Shown in pieces: positions 48,414 through 62,100 of a stretch of 64,000 nucleotides of DNA (positions are counted from its first letter, which is position 1; every line of letters begins with the position of its first letter). Origin of the DNA: Vitrella brassicaformis CCMP3155 (lineage: Eukaryota > Protista > Chromerida); contig CDMY01000255.1 of the NCBI GenBank assembly GCA_001179505.1, forward strand, positions 434,001 to 498,000, read 5' to 3'. The position numbers and the translations under genes are program-made. Under the pieces are notes generated by a model. That model searched no databases and had not been told where the DNA came from. It saw only the letters and a list, made by a program, of their open reading frames with translations.

Positions 48414-51400
48414 TCACTGTGCCCGGCACGACGTCCGATGATCAGACCCAGGCAGGGACGACCTGGCGGTCGAGCGTCGATGGGGCGGCGCGTGGGTGGG
48501 GGCGGGGGGGATGTGCAGGTTAGACAGCTGATGGGCGTCAGCAGCTATCCTCGCCTCCACAGTCACCGACGCCGTCGGCTTCTCAGGCGGGCACTCACAG
48601 GTGTGCCGCCATGTGCGTGTGTCCTGGGCCATCTCGTGGGACTTGTCATCACCGACACCCAGCTGGACGCACATTCGCCTGTTGGTGGGGGCGGTCTCCT
48701 GCCGCAGCACCACGCCCCAGGTGCCGGGGCGGCCGGCCACGAAGCCGTTTGGGAAGAAGTGCAGGGAAAAGGTCACCCAGCCGTCGTTGGGCACATCAAC
48801 GGATACCGGCCCTGTGTGGTGTAATGCAGACTCATGCTCATGGATGGATGGATGCAGTGTGTGTGTGTGTATGTGTGTCTTTGTGTTCCGTACCACTGTC
48901 GATGTACTGCCCCCTGGGGACATCCCTGAGCTTCTTCGGCAGCTCTGTGATCGTCCAGGTGATGTGCCCTGCACACATCCCATACCCACACCCACACACA
49001 AACCGACAGCAGGCAAAACACATGAAGACGATCATCACATACACATGGCGTATATCTCACATACGCACGTCACAGTCATACCGTCCGCAGCTGCGATGGA
49101 TGCGGCCTCCCCTTGCGGCTCCGTGGACTGAGGTGGGGACGACGGAGTGACCTTGACGGGAGGCAGCTCAGCTGGCGCAGCACCAGCAGCATCGCCAGCA
49201 GCAGCAAGTAGTGGTGGCGCCTCCCCCTCTCCCTCTCCCTGTTGCTCGCCTTCTGCCTCTGCTGTCGTCTCCTCCTCTGCTGCCGACACGGGGCCTTCTC
49301 CCTCTTGCTGCTCCTGCTCCTGCTCCTGCTGCTGTTGTTGCGCGCTCTCCTCGTCTTCTGCCGGTGCTTCTGTCTCTTCTGCTGGCTGCTCCGCAGCAGG
49401 GGCGGGGAAGTGCAGCGACCCACCCCTTCCCGCACGGCTGGTCGGTGACGGCATCACCGTACCCAACGACGTCTGCCCATACACAGTGCCCGTCCTCAAG
49501 GCCTTCGGGCTCTTCCCCTCCTCCGTCTCTTGGTTCTCTTGCTGTGTGTGTGGTGGCTGCTGCTGCTGCTGTCTCTCGCCCTCTCCCTGATCATGGTCAT
49601 GCTCTTCTGGCACGTGTGGGCTCTCTCTCTGTGGGGTATGGCGGTGTCTGGACGAGGTGTCCTCCTCTTCTTTGCACGGAATGACGTCCTTTTGTGAGAG
49701 GAAGGATGGGTGCAGCTGTGCGCGGGGGGAGGAGCCGCGGTGGGAGGCCGCCATCGACCAGGAACGCTTCGCGGGCAACTCGTCTGCACCACATACCACG
49801 ACAGAAGAGTGAGTCCACCAGCCTCCCTCCCTCCCTCCCTCCCTCCCTCCTCTGTCACTGACTCGGGTTTGCCTTTTCGATCCATGCCACGGCCGTCTGG
49901 AAGGTTGCGAGCGCCCAGCCTTCCCGACCCATCAACATACGCTGGGGCAAGAACCTGACCAACACACACACAGCACGGCACGGCACGGCACTGTGGACGT
50001 ATTCGTGTGCCCACGTGTGCTAACTAAGTGTGGCTGACGGGCTGACCGTTCGGTATAGGCGAGATTGATGAGTAGGTGCGACGGCCGCTCCCGCCACAGC
50101 GCCACCATGAGCAGGTCGAGCTCGACCTCTGCGCTCATCTTGCTCTCGCCGCCCATGTGTGCGGCCGACGATGCTGAGAGGTGGTTGAGGCACCGCACTA
50201 GGCTCTGAGCCTTGTCCAGCGGATCCCAACACAACGACAGCTGCACAGAGGGAAAGACTCACGGTTATGGCCGGACGGGTGGGTGCGTGGGATGGTGTGT
50301 GGTGTGCTGACCAGGGTGAGCTCTTGCCGCGCTCCGTGCCACACCGACTCATCCTGCTCCAGCTGTGTCAACGATACAGACAGACAGATGGTATGTATGG
50401 TGGGCGCCTGTGTGTCAGTCGCTGTCTATCCTTTCTATCCATTCATTCCGTCTCGCTCTCACCGCTGGCTTGAGGTCGACGAACTTCCTGATGTCCGCTA
50501 CGGTGCCCAGCAGCTCCAGACGAAAGGTGACACTCCTGTCCCGCTCAACTGATCCACACACGCGCACTCCATTCCTTCCGTGTGCGGTTCGCAACTACCC
50601 ACTGAGCGACTCACTCAGTCTGTCCAGTGCCTCCTGGTGCTCTTGCGGGAGTGCGTCGGAGCAGTGGAAGAGCGCCACGAAGCACGGCGACGCGCAGCTG
50701 AATATCTTGCGATGCAGGTGGACATTCAGGCTCTCCAACGTCATGGCAAACTCCTCCTGAACACACACACATAAATGGGAAGAAGAGGCATCCATCCATC
50801 AAGCGTCGACTACCCCCTCTCCCTCCCTCCCTCCCTCCCTCCCTCCCTGCGTACCTGCAGGAGCCCTTTCATCTCCTCCACCCCCTCCCCGCCATGTCTG
50901 TCCCTCTCCTTCTCAACCGCGCCCACGAAAGCCGCCTCCATTCTCTCCGCAAACCCCTCCACACCCACACACACCTCCTCCAACAACTGAATCCCAGCAA
51001 ACTCCGCACAGTACCCGCCATTGCCGTTGTCTCGGGCGTGCCTCTGGGTGCCCGCTCGGCTCATGAAGGCGAGCAGGTCATGGACCTGGTCGGCCAGAGG
51101 GCGGCTGTGGCCTCTGTGTGTGTGCTGGGAGGTCTCGTGGATCTGGTCGCATTTGTGGGCGACGGCTGACAGGGTCTCAGTGGTGGACGGCATACGTGCC
51201 AGCAGCCGGTGCAGCATCGAGTGGTAGAGCCTGACAGAAAGGAAAGGGGTCACACGACAAAGACATAAGAACCTGGCCTGGCTCTGTGGTATTCATTTCA
51301 TATTGTGTGGCTGCGGTGCTTACGGGTAGACGAGGCAGCGATCTGCCACATTGTGCTCCCACTCCACCTCGAGCCTCCTCACCAGCGCCTCCCTGACCCC

Positions 51401-52721
51401 CCCACCGCCGCCACTCTTGCGGGGCGACCCAGATGTGGCGAGCGACGCGGCCGCGAAGGCCGTCCTCTCCAACAGGGAGGCATCCATGTCTGGGTCAGCC
51501 GAGCGAGACCTGTCGATGTGCCTGCTGACCCTGCTGGCGGCCACCTCTTCCTCGCTGGACGACAGGCAGGCTTCAAGGGGGGGGAAGCCTGTGCCACCCT
51601 GTGTTGCGGATGGGAGGGACGGGGGCGTGGACATGTCTGGGGGCAGCGATCGGGTGAGGTGGTGCTTCAGGATCTCCTTCAGCTGCCGGAGCTCCTCGTT
51701 CTTGAGGGCGATCAGCTCCTGCAGATCTGCAGGCACATCAAATCAACAAACACGGCTGGCTGCGTGCCTGTTTGTCTGAGCCTGTCTGTTGCCAGTGGGG
51801 GTTCTGTTCTTGAGAACACACCTGCGGTCTTCCTGGTTTCGTCAGCGAGGGCATGCCTGAGGCTGTCGACGGTCGACACGGCCTGCTCCACGAACTGGCC
51901 CCGCTGCTCATGCTCCAACACACGCTGCACACACAGGACAGTCAGTGGCCATCTCTCTCCCTCTGTCTCTCTCCACGTACTTTCCTGCCCGCATCCTGTC
52001 TGTACCTGCCTGTGGTATTCCCTGGCCTCTTGGCTGGGCACCCTCATCAGCAGATGCGCCCCCTCGTGCTGCCCCGCTGAGCTCTGACGCTTCACCGACA
52101 GCAGGAAGGGCCCCACCTGCAGGTCAGGAATTCACATTCTATCGTGCAGTCAGTCAAAGCCCTCAGCTATCCTTTATCTATCTGTCCGTCTGTCTGTCTG
52201 GCTGCCTACCGTGCTGTCGTCCAAGTGCACCGGAGCAGACAGAGTGGTCTCGAGCCCCAACAGCTGAATGCATGGAATCACACACAAATACATGCATTGG
52301 CATGACATCCACACAATTAACACAAAAAGCAGCAGTTGACCACCCCTCAGCCCTCCCTGCCTCCGAACACACCTCCCCTCCCTAACCTCAGTATCCCCCT
52401 CGGTGAAGCTCTGCAGTGCGGGCACAGCGAGCATCGCTTTCCGCATGACGTCATCGACCCTGGTTTGCCCTTCACTGGGGACATCCAGTGTGAGGGGGGC
52501 GGTCCGGTGTAGCTGGGGTATCACCAGCGGCAGGGTGATGGATGGCGGCGAGGGAGGCTCGTGGCCGTATGACAAACTGAAGGAACCCGGCAACATTGAT
52601 GGATGAGCCAAAGTAACGAACGGCTGATTCACTGCGACTCGGCAAACGAACGACTGACCGCCTCCTTCGCCGCCTTGTGCAAGCTCAGCTCACAGATCGC
52701 ACCAAACCCCTCGTTAGCCAT
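48414..52721 (-). CDS. Coiled-coil protein with an acidic low-complexity region and a C-terminal MATH/TRAF-like domain (start 52721 or 52596)
   Basis: Coiled coil LQELIALKNEELRQLKEIL and an E/Q-rich exon (49035-49799). C-terminal HITWTITELPKKLRDVPRGQYIDS|GPVSVDVPNDGWVTFSLHFFPNG matches the MATH pattern W.I......S..F.....W.L..YPNG. Confidence 0.55.
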
Positions 52722-52951
52722 CCTTATTGATCCGATTGTTGATTGGCGTGTGCGTGGTGAGCCGTCCTCGTGAGCATTCTGGAGCCGGCTGTTGAGGAGG
52801 ATCCCTCCAAGCGGCGCCGCGTCGATCGCGAGAAAAGGCGGAGCATCTGGTGCGCTGCCAAGAGAGCACGACACGGCACGGCACGGCAGCACGGACGAAG
52901 GAAGGAATCCTCTATGGTATGGTATGTGTGTGGTGGGCTGTGGTGTTCAGG

Positions 52952-53606
52952 ATGCGGACACTGCGAGGGCAGCAGGGGGCGGCCAAGGCCTCGGGCGGCC
53001 AGCTGGCGCGAGGTGGGAAACACATGGATGCACGTCACGGTGTCTGTCTTGTCTTGGTGCGTGCGTGTGTGTTTGCTGACTGACGGATCTATCCATTCAT
53101 CCCATCAGTTGGTCGTCGTGAAGGCCGTGACCCCCGCGGCGGCGCCGGCGCACCCGCATCGTCCTCCCGCTACCACCCCGACGATTTCGGCACGGCAAAC
53201 ATGCAGGACAGCGACATACCAGGACTAGGTAGGTGGGGGGGTGGGGGGCGGTCGACGCAGCAGACACAGGCCAGGCTGTGTGTCCCCACGTGTGAGTGTA
53301 AGTTTGTTGTGTGTGGTGTGGTGCGTGTGCAGGTGACTTGGGCAACCCGATGGAGGGGCCGGAGTTTTCGGGTGGCGACTTCGAGTCCATCCAGGACGAG
53401 ACCAAGACGGTCCACCAGGACTACTACAAAGGTACACACACACAGACAGACAGACAGGCATAGAGGGCGAGAGATGCGAGCAAAGCCCCCCCGCATCTGG
53501 GTGCCTTTCTTTATACGTAATGGTCCGTGCTGTTCCACACTCTTTCTTCGTGTGTGTGTGTGTGTGGTCAGACTTCGGCGACGATTTCGACGACGCGGAC
53601 GTTTAG
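52952..53606 (+). CDS. COP9 signalosome subunit 9 (CSN9/CSNAP/MYEOV2)-like small acidic protein
   Basis: 4 phase-consistent exons ending ..DETKTVHQDYYK|DFGDDFDDADV*, compared with the human COPS9 C-terminus [21 protein letters not shown] (recalled). An in-frame upstream exon (~52770-52849) has no ATG. Confidence 0.65.
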
Positions 53607-53989
53607 GAGAGGAAGACGCGGAGGAGGAGCGGTGGGGTGGGCTGGGTGGACCTGGTGTGCCGTTTTGGCTGAGGGTGCTGGGGATGGGGCTGGGAACACG
53701 GTGGGCCGGGCCCTGTGTGTAGCTCAGATAGATCCATGGTTGCTGCTGCTGCGTTTTCACGAGTCATGTTTTCCTGGTACCGTCCTCCTCGGCTCGCTAC
53801 GTCAGGCCATGGCAACGCGTTGGCAGCCATGCACGAGAGCATGCTATCCAGGACGTTGTCACTGCCTGACGAAGGGAGCGTGAAGGGGGAAAAAAGGGGG
53901 AGGGTGATCGTGAAACGTATATACCAACGTGAAGAGTAGAAGCGCACCACGACACATTTGCCAAGCTGGCGGACTCAGGCGACGTTGAG

Positions 53990-54738
53990 ATGGGCACAAG
54001 AATCGACGCTGCGGGCAAGTGAGCTCGACGCACAAAAGATCTCACCCCACTGCAGGCACCACATAATTCTTCATGCTGGTTCGCTGGTCAGCGTGGTTCG
54101 CAGCGGCGGTTCGCGCACTGCCTACGGACGGTTCGACGACGAGGAGAGTGGGCTCAGCGGAGGACAGGCGAGGAGCGCCCTGTTCCAGAGGCTCGACCCG
54201 AGAAGATGGAAGATTGCGCCGGTCTTTCTGCTGCTCACAGCGGCGTTTCTCGGCTTCCTCGTCATGTTATACTTCGTCCAACACCCAGTAGGAAGATATG
54301 AAGGCCATTCATGTGTGTATGTGTGTGTGTGCGTGGATGGTTGGTGCACCCCCCCAGATTCTGTGTTTCCTGTGTGTGCTGTGCGCGTGGCTGATGTCGC
54401 TGGCGTGCCACGAGTTCGGCCACGCATACACGGCGTACAGAGGAGGCGACTTGAGCGTAGAAGAAAAGGTCACTCACACACACACCACACACCACACACC
54501 ACACACCACACACATGGGGCAAAGGCACATGGACGAACATGTGCCTTGTGTTGCCTGTGTGTGATGCGTGTGTGGTTTGTCAGGGGTATTTGACGCTTGA
54601 CCTGACCAAGTATGTGGACCCGCTGATGAGCATACTGATCCCCACCATCATTCTGGCGATCGGCGGCATGGCATTACCCGGAGGGGCCGTTTACATTCAG
54701 GTGCGCTCGGAGCACATGCCACATGCACACAGACACAC

Positions 54739-54769
<31 letters not shown>

Positions 54770-55571
54770 GATGCAGACAAAATCAGTCCGTCACGTGCCC
54801 ATCCTTCCCTTCCTTCTCTCTCTGTGTGTGTGTGTGGTTATGGCAGCCGAGCTCTCTTCGGTCCAAGTCGTGGGAGACGTTTGTGAGCCTGGCGGGCCCG
54901 ATGGCCAACTTCATCTATGGGGCGGTCACAGCCCTGGTGTTCCATCTGCTCCATTGGGTGCTGCCCGTCCCCCTGGGAGGCCGAATGGTGCTCAGCACTC
55001 TGGTCAGCTGAGCACATTCAGGCAGAAAACACGTACGCTTGGTGCCGTGCATGTTGGCTCTTTCGCTGTGTTGGTTGTTGTGTTGTGCACTGCAGGCACT
55101 CATAGCGTGGTTCCAGGTATGGATGAAAGCATCAATAAGACGAGCGGCCCATGGACTCCGATAGTCGTGGATATATGTGTCTGTGTATGTGTGTGTGTCT
55201 GGTGTGTGTCCCTCAGGCGATGGCGATGTGGTTCAATCTGATCCCTCTGCCGCCGCTGGACGGGTGGGGCGCCCTGCGTCCGTGGCTGCATGAGGACTGC
55301 GTCTTCAAGCGGTGGGAGCGGCACCCGTGGCACAGCAAGAGCATGACCCTCGTGTGCATACTCATACTCTTCATCGGACTCAGCAAGGTAAGTGGCCAAC
55401 GCACCACAGCACACCTCTTGTTGGTTGCTGTTTGCGTTTGTTTGTCAGCTGCATTTCGATTGGATCGTGAATATAACGACGGAGTATGTGTATCTGCTCC
55501 CCCATGAATTCACTTCTGGAGGCAAAGGGCTCTTCGATGCCGCCATACATGGCGGTCGCGGAGGGTTCTAG
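53990..55571 (+). CDS. Site-2 protease / peptidase M50 family membrane zinc metalloprotease
   Basis: HEFGH zinc motif, GYLTLDLTKYVDP, GGAV, VSLAGPMAN, FNLIPLPPLDG and multiple TM segments. The start ATG 53990 joins the main frame via a short intron. Confidence 0.9.
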
Positions 55572-56149
55572 AGAGAGACTCCGCCAGGGAGGGAGGGAGG
55601 GATGGAGAGGGGAGTCGGTGGAGGGGCTGATGGAGGCGATTTTTGGTCAAGTTGTGCAATTGCACACGTGTCAGATCAGTATTCAATTAACTGAGCGGAC
55701 ATTCGTGTACGTACGTGTTACCTGCCGCCCTTCCCCCTACATGTTTCTGCCTGAGATTCTTTCTAGACCGACACATACCTGATACATCGTTGCACCTTCT
55801 TGTCCAAAGCTCTTGATGTTTGTGTGCGGTGGATAAATCGATGGCGCCAACTGTGGAAAGACATTTTCGATTCAAAAAGAGCACCTCACTCGCATTCCAT
55901 CATTGAACGAACGAAGGCGTCCAGCGTCTCCCTCAACACAATCACACACATACCGGCGCACGCACACGCACGACAGGGACATACGAAATGGTTGGCCTGT
56001 TGTGTGTCTTTACGTGAGACGGCGATGTGCGTGGATATGGATCAACACAACACAGCTGCAAAGGGCCTATTAGCAGATGACACTCCACCCAGGCAGCAGC
56101 ATCTCATCCTGAGTCAGACAAATGATATTATACCTCAGCTGAACTCAAT

Positions 56150-59100
56150 CTACACAGCCAAGCGGGCGAGAGACAACAACAAAGGCGCCACGATTGAGGG
56201 CCACAGATTCGTGTTGCGCCGAGCTGTCGTTGAGCCCTCAACGAACATCGAAAGATCCGAGTCCTCCACATCAAAGCTTTCTACAGTCCTGTTGGCGTCC
56301 ACAAACGTCACAAGCCCCGCAGCCTCGTCGTTGATAAGAGTATACAGCATCCACTCATACTGGATCCCGCCACCGGCCTCACTGTCAACTATTTGGCTTC
56401 CGTCGGTACCAGAGCCGCTCCCCGGTCCTCCAGGATCGGCAAGAGCCGACGCACCGTCAGTCGAATTGTTGTCTGGCGTCTCTTCTGCTGTTGGTAAGAT
56501 CGTTGGGCTGCTCGAGCCATCCGAAGGCCGCGGCTCCTCTGGCTCACTTTCAGGGTTGAAGACATCAACAGACAGAACGTATGAATCGGGAAGAAGCCCG
56601 GAGCCTGCAGAAGACAGCAAAGGAAGAAAGAAAGCTCGTGTGTCTCCTGTGTCGTGCGACTTACATACCATTTGGGAGCCTGATGACCAAGCTGTTCTTG
56701 CCGTCTCTCGTGCAGAGCGTGCCAGGGGGCGGAAAGATGGAAGGCAGCACGAGGTGGTCGGCGATTGACACATTGGCAGAGCCCCCAGCTCCGCCTTCCA
56801 GCCCATAGCCCCTATCGAACTGGTCAGCGATCTCCAGAAGCTCCGCCTCGCTCTGGTTGAGAGAAATAATCCCTGGCACATCGGCCAAAGGCTGCGGCGC
56901 TGCAGTGCTCGTGTTGACTTGTGCAGCCCCCCGTAGAGTGTCGTTTGCCTCCGTCCCATTGGTGCCATTTAGGCTTAGTGGAATTAACGTAGGAACAGCT
57001 GTGGTGCTTGTGGTGGTGGTGGTCGGCGCTGGTGTCGTAGTCGTGGTGGAGGTGGTTGTGGTGGTGGTAGTCATCTTGTCAGCCGCCGCGGTCGTACTGA
57101 CGCCAGTGCTGGAGTTGCCCAGCAACATCTGAGTGAGAGAAGGGGCAGGGGTGCTCGTCATATTCTCAACTGAAGCAAGACAGAATTCATCCTGTTCCTG
57201 AGGATCTTCTTTCCCGTGTGTACTTTACTTTGGTAAGTCTCCGCATCAGATGCGATCCTCAGCTCGAAATCGGGGCAAATCCCGTCAGAGAACTCATAGC
57301 CGGTCGGCGCGCGCAAGAGAATCTCGTTGAATGCATCGGCCTGCCGAGAAACACGGCGCAAGGTAGCTTGGTCAACGGATAAAAGGCAAGGCTCTCTCTT
57401 TCGTCAGCACCTTATTGAGGATCGTGGATGTTTGAAATGAAACGTCAATGCGCTGCCTCTGGCCCCTGTACGGCAGCGTGGGAGTGACCTTGGCCGGCAG
57501 GAGGCCTGTGATGTCGAAGCCAGGGTAATAGGTTGTCAGATCGATGATATATCCTAGCGGGCTCTCCAGATACAAACTCCAGTCGTTGGGAATGGGGGTG
57601 AAGCGGGGGTTGGTCACTTTGAATGTGATCGAGATCGCTGTGTTCGGCTCCTTGGGGTCCTGGGTGTCGATCGTGAAAACGATGTGGTTCTTTGTAGACG
57701 GGTCAGTCACACACGTCGTCGTGGGAGCCAGCCCCACCACCGAGAAGCCTCCACAGCCGAAGGTGAATCCAACGGGGCCTTTGACGAGGATCTTAGAGCC
57801 GCCAGGGATGAACTTGATCGATCGCATTGAGAGAACTACGTTGGTTGCTGAGGCAGAGGTGGTGTCCAGGGGGTCGATGTGTACGTACTCGATCATCTAC
57901 GTAGGCGACAGAACACGCGACAAGAGAATGAATGACTGGCCTGTCTCGTGTGCGATCATGCGACTGACTAATGCATTGACTGACCTTTAGGTTGAATCCC
58001 TGCACTTCTGTATCCAGATGCAGCACCACGTCGTTTTCGACAGTGATAAAGCGCCAGGAGCAGCCCTGGGCCTCGCAGGCTGCGTCTGGGTCCGCGTCTG
58101 CGTTCCTGAGGCCCACTTGGAAGGCATAATTCACTTTATACTCGAGACCACCATCAAGACGGATGGCAAAGTAATAATGCGGAGTGTCATCATAATCGAC
58201 ACTTCGCACCTCACAAGTCGTCCCTGATGGCAGAGGTTGATAATTGGAGATGTCCAAGGGCAGCTCGTCAGCCACTCTATTGCTCCCGCCATCCTCGGGC
58301 GGTTTCATGGCTTCCACATAGCTCAGTTGAAATACTTCTCCCCCACAGAGCTCCAGCGGAACGAAGCCTGAGAGGAGGGGTGGGTATATCATCAGGTAGC
58401 TGCCTGTGTTGCTTCCCGCGGTGAGGTGGTTGAAGGGCAAGTCAGAGCCAAGGCTGAAGTATACGCCCAGAATGTTGTCAACGCTTGGGCTGAAGAAGGA
58501 TGCTATCACTCCGGCAGCACCGAAGCGGCCGAAGATCTTGTACCCCTGCACATCATAATTGCAGCCCACGTTGGTCTCATTGTGTTTTGTCTGGAAGGTC
58601 CAGATGTTCTGCGACGGGCTGGGCGATGTCCTCGGATTCGCAACGACAACTGCAAAGGTCAGGTTAACTTGGCTTGGGATAACAGGCCCGCCAGCATCGG
58701 TGGTGATCCGGAAGACGTTGAGGGACCGCAGGAAGATGGTGTTGGGGGGAAAGTTTGAGCCGAAGAAGGGCTGGAAGTTGGGGTTGGGCAGATTGTCGAT
58801 GAGTTCCATCGGACACGTAATGACGATAGATGCCGGCGGCCGCAGCTCTGTGTCTAGTCGAAAGGTGACTGACACGGGATTCTCTCGCACGAAGACCTCA
58901 GCGCTTTCCGGCTCTATTCTGTCGACGTAGAGCACCCCCTGCATCTTGAAGGTCTCCACATCCTTCTGATGAATGATGGTACGGGCGTTGTCGCTGCTTC
59001 GTGTCTTGAAATGCCACACCAGGTCTACACATGCAGATAATATGCATACGAAAGCGACCAGCGAACCAAGCCTTCCATCTTCAGTGCTCACTCGTCGTAG

Positions 59101-62100
59101 CTGGAACTGGAAAAAGAGGCAATGGTACGATAGCGAAGTAGCCATCCGAATTGTAGCCCGTCACCGAAGCAGCGACCACCGCGCCAGCAGGGATCTCCGC
59201 AGCCTCCGTCTCCTTCAACGTGATCTCCAACAGGCCGCCATAGGACGTGCACGTGGCGTACTCTTCGTGTAGCTTGTACTGCGAAGCCAATATCGCACTG
59301 AAGAGGCTGCTCTCTGCTGCTCCGCTCTCCGTTCCGTTGAGCACTCCTGACGCATGAATGTCCAGCAATGTGCAGTTAATTGGTTCATCTTGGGGTGGCC
59401 TCGGCCTGGGGTAGCCAGCACGGGGCGGGATGACGGACAGTGGATCTATATACAGCCATCATGTGACAAGCATAAGAGCATGTCTCTCTCACTTAGCACC
59501 GGTTTCTTGGTCGAGCTCATCCGTCGGCTCGAGTCGCGGGCCGAAGTAGAAGTCGCTCACAAATGCCTGGTAGGTGAGGAGGCCTCCAGGAGGGATGGAA
59601 CGGACGGAGCGAAAACTGAACACGAATTGGGTGAATAGACCGGCACCTGGAGCAAACCCAGCCAGAAAGAGTAATGACTGAGTTCAAATCATGCCGAATA
59701 AGCATGCTTGTACACACCTGGATTGGACGAGTAGACGAGCGTGTCATCCAGCTGTTGCAGACAGCCAGTCAAGTCAATGCCTTCGTTGCCCCTTTCTTGG
59801 TGTGTCTCGCTGTCTTGCTCACCTCTGGTATGATCTCGAACCCCATCTTGGCAGAGATCTCTTGACCAGCGAGCGTCTGGGCCTCTATCCGCCACCAATT
59901 GAGCTGAGGTGTCACCTGGGCATTTCGCGCCATCACGACAAACTGAAACTTGACTCCCGCGGGCATGGGCGCTTCCGCATCCCGATAGACGAGCAGCAGC
60001 TCCCTCGATGACACGACCTCGCACGTTACTTTCCGTGGCAAGGGCAGCACTTCGTCGTCCTGAAGCATGTCGCTCGTCTCGAGCAGCCATTCGGCAGAGT
60101 ATGTCGGCCCATCACGGTCGAACCCTGGGCATTCGGCCGGGACGACAGACTCCCACACGAATCCTTCGGGAGCGGCGATACTGATGGAGTTGAGATTATA
60201 GAGATTGGCGGAGAGGGCGAAGGTTAGGCGGATGGGCTTCAGTGCCAAGCCGATGAGGGAAACGGGCGTCAGCGAAAAATAATCCAAGCGAGGGACCAAA
60301 GAAAACCCGGGCACCTTCACGCGAGACACAGAAGAGACATACACGAGTGCGTCCCCCACTTACTTCCCTCTCTCTTACCTCCATGTTTGAATCGATGATG
60401 TTGCCTCTGTCGTCTGTGCTTTCAATTGACCACAGATTGTCTTGGTCGTCGGCAACCATGGACGAGGGGTTCTCCACGACGAGACGCAGACAGTACTTCC
60501 CCGGTGTTAACCCCTGGTCGATCGTGATATCAACTCTGTTGTCGCCATCGCCGGAGCAATTGCTGCCTTCCGGCAGGCACTCTTCAGCAGCGCCGATACA
60601 CGAGTCGAAGTGCGCGCATGTCGTAGCGAACCTGAAGGACTGTGGCGCGATGACAATGATCGACCCCTGAGGAGGCAGCTCAGAAGTGGTTGTCAAGCAG
60701 ATGTCGACTGGATTCGCTGACACTTGGGCGTCCCTCGATACGCTGGGGTTGTATGGGCTCAGAGTCACGTCCTGCACGACCTGTATGAGGAAGCCGGGCA
60801 CCTTGGTGTTGCCCTCTTGCGGTTTTCCCGTCTCGTCGTTGGCGATGAAGCTCCAGTCATTTGGCGATGGCATGAACGAGGGGTTGGCCACGGTGACGTA
60901 GACGACGTGGGTGAGGTCACTTCTCGCTGTCCACTGCTCGCCAATCGTCAGTGTGACCTTGTTGAAGTAGCCGGCACACGAGCTGAGAGCCGGGAAGCGG
61001 TTATCACGTGACACCCAAGAGGGCCCTCCTGCTGTAAAAGCGCCTCCTCCATCCTTGCATTCCCGCTCAAAGTGAAAACCTTGAGGTGCCGTGATGGCAA
61101 GTGTAGAACCTATCTGAACCGACACAACAACAAGGTGAAGGCATTACAAAGGCTATCATCGAGTGCATTTTACTTACAGTGAAGTTGCGGGTGATCTGGA
61201 TCTGGAATGAGACACGGTTGGCTTGGGTGCTGACTCTGCGGTCTTCGTACTGCGGATAGCTGGCATACTGGGCCACAGGGAACTTCTTGATGACGTAGAA
61301 GCCATCAGCGACGCCGCTCTCCACACTGTTGATCAAAATGAGCTTGGACGATGTGTATTGAAGCTCCTCACGGAGCCCGGTCTCAATGTACCTAGCGAGA
61401 CACGAATAATATGTACCTGTTTCTTACCGAGGCGTCTCCTCTGCGTCACCTTACCAGTCGAAGGATTCCCTATCAAGCTGATGCACCTGCGCGTTGATGA
61501 CGCCCACAGCAAACACATAAAGGCGGTCCTTGTCGATGGAAGGCAGGACGGAGTTCGCTGTGCTGCCAGCCTGGGCGAAGAACTTTATCATTAGGCGCCT
61601 TGGATCGCCGCCGTGGACTCGGACGTCCTCGCATAGATACGGCTCTGACAGAGGGCTGGCACCCTCGACGTTTGCGAAGTAGGTGTTGAGGACAGGACAG
61701 ACAAACGTGAAACCTTCTGGTGCCTAGGGACAAGACAGCAGACAGCCAGATTGATGTGAGACGTACGTGTGCGAGCAAGACTCTTTCCATGGTATGTGTG
61801 TACCACAACATTGATGATGGCCTGCTGGAGCAGCTCGCCTGTGTTGGCGATGACTGAGGTCACTTGTTGCGTTGTCCTCAGCCGTATCTCGACGATATTG
61901 GAGAAGCTTTGCTCCTCAATGATGCTGGGGATGACCTGCACGTCTTCCAGCCGCTGAATCCGAAAGCCCTCAATGCCAAGCTCGTCGAGCTTGTCGACGC
62001 CATTGCTGCGAGTCGAGAGGATCCTCCACACGTTGGGAAACGGTGTCTCGGCAGGTATCTGGATGTTTGTGCGGAAGCCATAAAGGCGGTTGACCTGTGC

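Noticed and set aside
53097-53950. Minus-strand ORFs (53097-53405, 53170-53760, 53603-53950)
   Set aside because: The plus strand has the clean splice sites and the CSN9-like product; the minus frames are antisense or UTR noise.
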